Source of the DNA: Patescibacteria group bacterium
GTDB taxonomy: Bacteria > Patescibacteriota > Minisyncoccia > Phycocordibacterales > Phycocordibacteraceae
Reading direction: 5' to 3'
DNA: 64,000 nt
Assembly: GCA_018969385.1 (NCBI GenBank)
Contig: JAGWYL010000001.1
Coordinates: 2,677 to 66,676, forward strand
Shown here: one piece after another, positions 57,454 through 64,000 of the stretch
How the letters are laid out: each line of letters begins with the position of its first letter
How positions within the stretch are numbered: position 1 is the stretch's first letter
Position numbers and translations under genes: made by a program
The notes under the pieces: model-generated
What the model saw: the letters and a program-made list of their open reading frames with translations, nothing else
Databases searched by the model: none
Told to the model about the DNA's origin: nothing

Positions 57454-60123
57454 CTACGCCGCGGAGGCGAGCGACGCTTTCGGCGCGCGCTTCTTGATGT
57501 CGAACGCGGGTTCCCCGTTCTTCATAGTCACCGTCGCCATGCCGCCTTCCATGAGGCCCTGGGTCACCATGAGGGAGGCGAGCGGGGTCAGGATGCGGTC
57601 CTGGATGACGCGCCGGAGCGGGCGGGCGCCGTACTGGGTGCTGTAGCCCTTCTCCGCGAGCCATGCGCGCACTTCGGGCGTGACCACGAGCGCGATGCGC
57701 TTCTCGCCGAGCCGCTTCACCACTTCGTCTATCTGCTTCTCCACGATCTTCGCGAGAGCTTCCTTCGCGAGCACGTCGAAGATGATGATGTCGTCGAGAC
57801 GGTTCAGGAATTCCGGACGGAAATGCTCCTTGAGCGCGTTCAGCACGCGGTCCTTCACCTCCTCATACCGCGCGGCGTCGCTCGACGCGGCGTTAGCGAA
57901 GCCGATGTGCGCGAGGCGGTCGATGAATTCCGCGCCGACGTTCGACGTGAGCACGATGATGGTGTTCTTGAAATTCACCTTCCTCCCCTTCCCGTCCGTG
58001 AGGTGGCCGGAGTCGAGGACCTGGAGGAGGATGTTGAAGACCTCCGGGTGCGCCTTCTCTATCTCGTCGAAGAGCACGACGGCGTACGGGCGATGCCGGA
58101 TGCGCTCCGTGAGCGAGCCCGCTTCCTCGTAGCCGACATAGCCCGGCGGCGCGCCGATGAGCTTCGCCACGGAGTGCTTTTCCATGAACTCGCTCATGTC
58201 CACGCGCACGAGCGCGTCCGGATCGTTGAACATGAACTCCGCGAGCTTCCGGGAGAGCTCCGTCTTGCCGACGCCGGTGGGGCCGAGGAACATGAACGAG
58301 CCGATGGGGCGGTTCGGGTCCGAGATGCCGACGCGCGAACGCTTCACCGCGTCCGTGACCTTTCGCACCGCTTCGTCCTGCCCGATGACCGCGCCGCGAA
58401 GCGCCTCTTCCATGCGCGCGAGCTTCGCGGCCTCCTCTTCGAGCATCCGCGCGACGGGAATACCCGTCCAGCGCGCGACCACGCCTGCGATGTCGTGATC
58501 CGTCACCTCTTCGTTCAGGATGCGCCGCGACTTCTGCAGCGTCTTCAGTTTCCGCAGCTTCGTTTCGAGGTCCTTCTGGAGGCTCGGAATCTTCCCGTAC
58601 CGGATTTCCGCGGCGGTGCCGAGGTCCGCGGACGCCTCCGCGTTGTCCGCCTGCACCTTGAGCTCGTCGAGCTCCGTCTTCGCCTTGCGGATGCCGTCCA
58701 GGACTTCGCGCTCGTTCTTCCACTTGAGCTCGAGTTCCGAGGTCTTCTCGCGGAGGTTCGCGATTTCCGATTCTATCTTCTTCAGCCGTTCCTTTATCTC
58801 CTTCGTGGAACCGGCTTCCTCGTCTTTCCGGAGCGCCTGGCGCTCTATCTCGAGCCTGCGTATCTTCCGGTCCGTCTCCTCGAGCTCGGGCGGCTTGTTC
58901 TCAAGCGCAATGCGCAGTCCGGAAGCGGCCTCGTCGATGAGGTCGATAGCCTTGTCCGGAAGATAGCGGTCGCTGATGTAGCGCGACGAGAGCTCGACGG
59001 CGGAAACGATGGCCGAGTCCGTGATGCGCACGCCGTGGAAGAGCTCGTACTTGTCGCGCAGTCCGCGCAGGATGGCGACGGCGTCCTCGACGGACGGCTC
59101 CTGCACGAAGACCGGCTGGAAACGGCGCGTGAGCGCGGTGTCCTTCTCGATGTATTTCTGATATTCCTTCAAGGTCGTGGCGCCGATGACGCGTATCTCG
59201 CCGCGCGCGAGCGCGGGCTTCAGCATGTTCGAGGCGTCCATCGCGCCTTCCGCAGCGCCCGCGCCGACGAGCGTGTGCAGCTCGTCGACGAAAAGGATGA
59301 CCTTCCCTTCCGCGCGTTCCACCTCCTTCATGATGTTCTTCATGCGCTCTTCGAATTCGCCGCGATACTTCGTGCCCGCGATCATGAGCCCGAGGTCGAG
59401 CGACAGGAGCTCCTTGCCGCGGAGCGATTCGGGCACGTCGTTATTCGCCATGCGGCTCGCGAGCCCTTCGGCGATGGCGGTCTTTCCCACGCCCGCCTCG
59501 CCTATGAGGACCGGATTGTTCTTCGTGCGCCGCGCGAGTATCTGGATGACGCGGTTTATCTCGACATCGCGGCCGATGACCGGGTCGAGCTTGTTCTCCG
59601 ACGCGAGTCTCGTCAGGTTCCGCGTATATTTCGCGAGCGCGCGAAAGCGCTTCGGTTCCGCAGCCTGCCCTTCCTTCGTGCTCTTCAGCTCCTTAAGGAC
59701 GTTGCCGACGGTGTCCTTGTCTATGCGGAAACGCGAGATGACATCCGCCGCGGGGCCGGGATGCTCGAGGACCGCCACGAACAGATGCTCCGTGCCGACG
59801 AACGGGTCGTTCATGCGAGCGGCTATCTTTCCTGCCGCCTCAAGCGCCTGCGCGAGGTCCGGCGTGAGGTATATCTGATACGAAGGCGAGAGCACCGACG
59901 CGGTCTCCGGCGCTTCGAGCGTCTCGAGGAGCGTGTCCGTGAGCAGGAGCGTGTCGATGTCCATCCGGTCGAGGACGGAGAATACGAGGCTCTCTTCCTG
60001 GAGCACGAGCGCGGCGAGCAGGTGCAGAGGCGACACGTGATTCTGCCCGCGCTCGATGGCGAGCTCGTGCGCGCGGCGTATGGCTTCTTTCGCTTTGGTG
60101 GTGAAATTATTGAATGGCGGCAT
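57454..60123 (-). CDS. clpB: AAA+ chaperone ClpB
   Basis: [15 protein letters not shown], long coiled-coil middle domain, [24 protein letters not shown]. Confidence 0.93.
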   Translation of the reverse strand: MPPFNNFTTKAKEAIRRAHELAIERGQNHVSPLHLLAALVLQEESLVFSVLDRMDIDTLLLTDTLLETLEAPETASVLSPSYQIYLTPDLAQALEAAGKIAARMNDPFVGTEHLFVAVLEHPGPAADVISRFRIDKDTVGNVLKELKSTKEGQAAEPKRFRALAKYTRNLTRLASENKLDPVIGRDVEINRVIQILARRTKNNPVLIGEAGVGKTAIAEGLASRMANNDVPESLRGKELLSLDLGLMIAGTKYRGEFEERMKNIMKEVERAEGKVILFVDELHTLVGAGAAEGAMDASNMLKPALARGEIRVIGATTLKEYQKYIEKDTALTRRFQPVFVQEPSVEDAVAILRGLRDKYELFHGVRITDSAIVSAVELSSRYISDRYLPDKAIDLIDEAASGLRIALENKPPELEETDRKIRRLEIERQALRKDEEAGSTKEIKERLKKIESEIANLREKTSELELKWKNEREVLDGIRKAKTELDELKVQADNAEASADLGTAAEIRYGKIPSLQKDLETKLRKLKTLQKSRRILNEEVTDHDIAGVVARWTGIPVARMLEEEAAKLARMEEALRGAVIGQDEAVRKVTDAVKRSRVGISDPNRPIGSFMFLGPTGVGKTELSRKLAEFMFNDPDALVRVDMSEFMEKHSVAKLIGAPPGYVGYEEAGSLTERIRHRPYAVVLFDEIEKAHPEVFNILLQVLDSGHLTDGKGRKVNFKNTIIVLTSNVGAEFIDRLAHIGFANAASSDAARYEEVKDRVLNALKEHFRPEFLNRLDDIIIFDVLAKEALAKIVEKQIDEVVKRLGEKRIALVVTPEVRAWLAEKGYSTQYGARPLRRVIQDRILTPLASLMVTQGLMEGGMATVTMKNGEPAFDIKKRAPKASLASAA

Positions 60124-60162
60124 ACCTATAGTATATACGCCCGAAGGGCGCCCTACGTTTCA

Positions 60163-60933
60163 TCACGAGCCCGCGGAAACGGCGCTCGGCGTCGAGGTCG
60201 CCGTGAGCGCGGCAAGGACGAGCGCGGCGCTCTCATACGAGCCGTCCCCGTTCGCGATGCCGATGATATTGCCGGAGAGGTCCACGGCGGCGGAGCCCTT
60301 CGGCGCGGGAGGAAGCGTCGTCATCACGACATCGCCGTCCACCTTGGAGACGATGCCGGTGAGCGCCGCGCCGTCCTTCGAGAGCGCGAGGACGGTCTCG
60401 CCGACCTTGAGCGTATCGGGGGCGACGAGCTGCGGCACGCCCGCCGCGGGAAGCGCGACCTTGTCCGCGAATCCGTACACGCTTACCGTATCGGTCGCGT
60501 GCGAAAGCGAAACGTCGTCGAACGAACCGTCCGAGAATCCGATGACCGCTTGCGCGGGGAGTGCCGCGCCGATGGTCGCGACCGCGCGGGATTTGGGGAG
60601 ATACACGCCTGTCGCGATGGCGGGACTCGTGGTGCCCGCCTTCGCGGAAAATACCGAGACGCTCCGGCTCTGGAGCGCCGCGAGCGCCGCGACGGTAAGG
60701 TCTTCCGTCGTCGGTTGCGCCTGCGCGGGCACTGCCTTCACCACCGCCGCGGCCTGCGCCGGCACGACCGTCTGCACCGTGTGCTCGACGATGCGGTTCA
60801 CGGTCTGGGTGACGACCGGCGGCACCTGGTCAAGGAGGGATACGGTCAGGATTCCCGTCGCGACGGAGGTCACGAAGTTCACGAGGAGCATGAGGAGGAG
60901 AAGCTGCGGCTTGGTGAGGTCTTCTATGTTCAT
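60163..60933 (-). CDS. Membrane-anchored degenerate trypsin-like (HtrA-like) protein
   Basis: N-terminal TM, LKVGETVLAL, TGIVS, G.A.VDLSGNIIGI; catalytic GxSGG motif absent. Confidence 0.65.
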   Translation of the reverse strand: MNIEDLTKPQLLLLMLLVNFVTSVATGILTVSLLDQVPPVVTQTVNRIVEHTVQTVVPAQAAAVVKAVPAQAQPTTEDLTVAALAALQSRSVSVFSAKAGTTSPAIATGVYLPKSRAVATIGAALPAQAVIGFSDGSFDDVSLSHATDTVSVYGFADKVALPAAGVPQLVAPDTLKVGETVLALSKDGAALTGIVSKVDGDVVMTTLPPAPKGSAAVDLSGNIIGIANGDGSYESAALVLAALTATSTPSAVSAGS

Positions 60934-60954
60934 GGCAGTGCTCCTATGATGCGA

Positions 60955-62130
60955 TTACGAAGCCGCATTGTCAATGAATGCGAGCGAGCCGAGGAGCGTG
61001 CGGCCGAACGCGCGAAGAGCACGCTCCGACACGGCGCTTCCCCAGGAGACGCGGAGCGTCGATTTGGCCCGCTCCGGGTCGCCATAGAGCGCGAAGACCG
61101 CGCGCGAACCCTCCGCATCCGTCTCGCAGGCGCTCCGCGTCGAGACCGCGAAGCCCGCTTCGTCGAGGAGCGCGACAAGGTAGTCCGTATCCTTCCCGGG
61201 GAAGGACAGGTTGAGGATGTGCGGCGCTTGCCGCTTCCCTCCGTTCACGAGCGCACCCGGATAGCGCTCCGTGACGAAGGAGATGAGGCGCGCTCGCATG
61301 AGACTCGCGCGCGCGCGAAACGCATCGCGCTCCTCCCCCGCCTCACGAAGCGCCGCCGAGAACGCCGCTGCGAGCGCGGGCGACGGCGTGCCGGAACGCA
61401 GTTCGCGTTCCTGCCCCCCGCCGAACATGACGGGCGAAAGCGCCGTCGTGCGGTCGGCGACAAGGACGCCGATGCCGCGGACGCCGCCTATCTTCTGCGC
61501 GTCGAGCGAGAGGAGGTCTGCGCCGATGCGCGTCCGCGTGACGTCCTCGACAAGCGGCGCCTGCGCGGCGTCCGCGAGAAGGAGTATGCGCGGACCCGAA
61601 GGGCGCGCGGCATCAAGCGCGTGCCGCACCTCGCGCGTATTCCAGATGATGCCTGTCTCTCCGCAGACCGCGTCCATGGCGACGAGCGCGGTCTCCGGGC
61701 GCACCATGCGGGCGAGCGCCGCAAGGTCGACGGCGCCGGCGGCAAGCGGGAGCGGCTCCGCCATGACGCCTCGGCGCGCGAGCGCCGCGACGGTATGGAC
61801 GACCGACGCGTGCGCCGAGGGCGCGTAGAGAAGATGGATGCTCTCGTATGCGCGTCCCGCGGCGGCAAGCGCTTCCACATGTCCGATAAGCGCGATGTTA
61901 TTGCTCTCCGTCGCGCCGGACGTGAACACGAGAGCATCCGGCTTCACGGAAAGCTCGCGCGCGAGCGCCGTGCGGGCGTCTTCGAGAATCGCTTTCGCGG
62001 CGCGTCCCTCCGCGTGAGGCGAGGACGGATTGCCGAAGCGGCGGCTCGCGCGCTCATACGCCCCGCGCGCTGCGGCGCGCGTAGGCGCGGCTGCGGCGAA
62101 ATCGAGGTACGTCCGTCTCCCGTATGGCAT
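60955..62130 (-). CDS. Cysteine desulfurase (NifS/IscS family)
   Basis: YLDFAAA, FGNPSS.H, FTSGATESNN, DAAQ, AQKIGG, RSGT, STRSAC. Confidence 0.9.
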   Translation of the reverse strand: MPYGRRTYLDFAAAAPTRAAARGAYERASRRFGNPSSPHAEGRAAKAILEDARTALARELSVKPDALVFTSGATESNNIALIGHVEALAAAGRAYESIHLLYAPSAHASVVHTVAALARRGVMAEPLPLAAGAVDLAALARMVRPETALVAMDAVCGETGIIWNTREVRHALDAARPSGPRILLLADAAQAPLVEDVTRTRIGADLLSLDAQKIGGVRGIGVLVADRTTALSPVMFGGGQERELRSGTPSPALAAAFSAALREAGEERDAFRARASLMRARLISFVTERYPGALVNGGKRQAPHILNLSFPGKDTDYLVALLDEAGFAVSTRSACETDAEGSRAVFALYGDPERAKSTLRVSWGSAVSERALRAFGRTLLGSLAFIDNAAS

Positions 62131-62221
62131 AGGACGATTGTACGTCACCCGATGCGCGGCGCGCCAGCGCGCGGACGCCACGCATTGCAAATGCTCGCTT
62201 TTTGTGGTGATATCGAACGAT

Positions 62222-63709
62222 ATGGCACGCGCACCACGCAGCCCCATCGTCGCCGTCATGGGTCATATCGACCACGGGAAGTCTTCCCTGCTCGATTACA
62301 TCCGGAAGACGAACGTCGTCGCGAGCGAAGCGGGCGGCATCACGCAGCACGTCTCGGCCTACGTCGCGCTTCACGAGCATGAGGGCGCGCCCCGGCGCAT
62401 CACCTTCCTCGACACGCCCGGCCACGAGGCGTTCCAGTCGCTTCGCGTGCGCGGCGCGGTCGTCGCGGACGTGGTGATACTCGTCGTCGCGGCGGACGAA
62501 GGCGTGAAGCCGCAGACGCTCGACGCGCTCTCCGCCATAAACGACGCGGGCGTCTCCATGGTGGTGGCGCTCACGAAGACGGATAAGCCCGGCGCGGACG
62601 TGGAGCGTGCGAAGAATTCTCTCCTTGAGCACGGCGTATACCTCGAAGGCCTCGGCGGCTCGATTCCCTTCGCCGCCGTCTCTTCAAAGACCGGCGAAGG
62701 CGTGCCCGAGCTGCTCGACCTCGTGCTCCTCACTGCCGACCTCGCGGAACTCACCGCGGACGCGGACGCTCCCGCGTCCGGATTCGTGCTCGAATCTTCG
62801 CAGGACCCGAAGCGCGGCCTTTCGGCGACGCTCATCGTGAAGGACGGGACGCTCAAGACCGGCACCGTCGTCGTCGCGGATGCGGCCATCGCTCCCGTGC
62901 GCTTCATCGAGGATTTCCTCGGCGCGCGCATCGCGAGCGCGGGTCCTTCGGAACCCGCCACCGTTTCCGGATTCTCGGAACTTCCTCCCGCCGGTTCCCT
63001 GTTCGCGGCCTACGCGAACAGGAAGGAGGCCGAAGTGAGGGTCCGGGAGTCGAAAGCGGGCGGTGCTTCCGTCCTACAGGCGAGCGCGAATGATGCGGAC
63101 GCGTCGGATGCGGGCGTGCTTCCGCTCGTCCTCAAGGCGGACGTGTCGGGCAGCATCGAAGCCATCAAGCATGAGCTCGCCAAGATTTCCCATCCGCGCG
63201 CGCACATCCGCATCCTTTCCGAAGGCATCGGCGCGGTCACGGAGGGAGACGTGAAGACCGCGGGAACGAGGGGCGTCATCGTCGCGTTCAATGCGAAGCC
63301 GGATGCGACCGCGCGCGACCTCGCGGAGCGCAGCGGCACGCCGATAGAATCCTTCGCCATCATCTACGACCTCGGCAAGCGCGTCGAAGAGCTCCTCAAG
63401 GAGCGCGCGCCGCACGTCACGGAAGAAGTGGAGTCCGGCAGTGCGAAGGTGCTCAAGATATTCAACGGGAACGCGCAGAAACAGGTGTTCGGCGCGCGCC
63501 TCGTCTCCGGCGCCTTCGCGCAGGGCGCGCAGGTAAAGTTCATCCGGAATGAGAGCGAGATCGGCCGCGGCAAGATATCGAACTTGCAGCAGGCGCGGGC
63601 GGACGTGAAGGAAATCAGGACCGAAGGCGAGTTCGGCATCGAGGTCGAGACGCGCGCTGCACCCGCTCCGGGCGATGCCGTCGTCGCGTTCAGGCGCGTC
63701 GAATCATGA
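62222..63709 (+). CDS. infB: Translation initiation factor IF-2 (no N-terminal extension)
   Basis: MGHIDHGKS, EAGGITQH, DTPGHEAF, KADV.GS.EA. Confidence 0.95.
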   Translation: MARAPRSPIVAVMGHIDHGKSSLLDYIRKTNVVASEAGGITQHVSAYVALHEHEGAPRRITFLDTPGHEAFQSLRVRGAVVADVVILVVAADEGVKPQTLDALSAINDAGVSMVVALTKTDKPGADVERAKNSLLEHGVYLEGLGGSIPFAAVSSKTGEGVPELLDLVLLTADLAELTADADAPASGFVLESSQDPKRGLSATLIVKDGTLKTGTVVVADAAIAPVRFIEDFLGARIASAGPSEPATVSGFSELPPAGSLFAAYANRKEAEVRVRESKAGGASVLQASANDADASDAGVLPLVLKADVSGSIEAIKHELAKISHPRAHIRILSEGIGAVTEGDVKTAGTRGVIVAFNAKPDATARDLAERSGTPIESFAIIYDLGKRVEELLKERAPHVTEEVESGSAKVLKIFNGNAQKQVFGARLVSGAFAQGAQVKFIRNESEIGRGKISNLQQARADVKEIRTEGEFGIEVETRAAPAPGDAVVAFRRVES

Positions 63710-64000
63710 GCAGGCACAACGACAAGGCCATGGAACTCATCCGCCATGTCGCGGCCGCGTACATCGCGCGCGAGGCGAACCGCGACGCGCTCATCACGCC
63801 GACGCGCGTCGCGCTTTCCGATGACGGCATGCGAGCCATGGTCTACGTGAGCGTCTTCCCCGACACGTCCCGCAGCGCGGCGCTTTCGTTCCTCTCGCGT
63901 CACACGCCCGATTTCCACGAATACCTCAAGAAGGAATCGCGCTTCGCGCGCCTCCCCTCCGTGCGTTTCGCATTCGACGAAGGCGAAGAGAACCGCCGCC
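63706..64000 (+). CDS. rbfA: Ribosome-binding factor A (partial)
   Basis: ATGA overlap with infB; ITPTRVALSDD..AMVYVSVFP...LPSVRFAFD; runs off the window. Confidence 0.85.
   Translation, partial: MSRHNDKAMELIRHVAAAYIAREANRDALITPTRVALSDDGMRAMVYVSVFPDTSRSAALSFLSRHTPDFHEYLKKESRFARLPSVRFAFDEGEENRR

Noticed and set aside
57406-62382. 1658-aa plus-strand ORF (likewise 26806-30261, 19153-21207, 47166-49544)
   Set aside because: Antisense shadows of clpB, carB, typA and topA produced by codon bias.

Overview
GC-rich chromosomal segment of a reduced-genome bacterium. The gene set and architecture point to Patescibacteria/CPR, probably Parcubacteria (inference): short DnaX and IF-2, a VirD4/TraD-like ATPase, a CPR-type pilin, tRNA-linked LAGLIDADG-like ORFs, and many ATGs lying 6-8 nt behind a TAnnnT -10 box. 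Most of the window is housekeeping: guaA, def, typA, mltG, mgtA, dnaX, dus, ftsQ-like, serS, dprA, topA, rel, parB, ahpC, miaA, rpmG, clpB, iscS-like, infB, rbfA and three tRNAs (Gln-TTG, Leu-CAA, Trp-CCA). It also carries a complete de novo UMP pathway (carAB, pyrC/D/E/F/B), unusual for CPR. Best leads: (1) a 494-aa ORF fusing a membrane domain, an internal cleavable signal peptide and a porin-like beta-barrel in an apparently monoderm lineage; (2) HTH/LAGLIDADG-like genes abutting two tRNAs, one intact and one truncated; (3) an integrase-less low-GC island at tRNA-Gln with degenerate tRNA 3'-end copies and a direct-repeat-flanked Trypco2-like two-gene cassette; (4) a family of structured intergenic elements starting at TAG stop codons; (5) a pilin-lysozyme fusion. 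No CRISPR array, rRNA or transposase was seen. All family calls come from motif recognition, not database searches.
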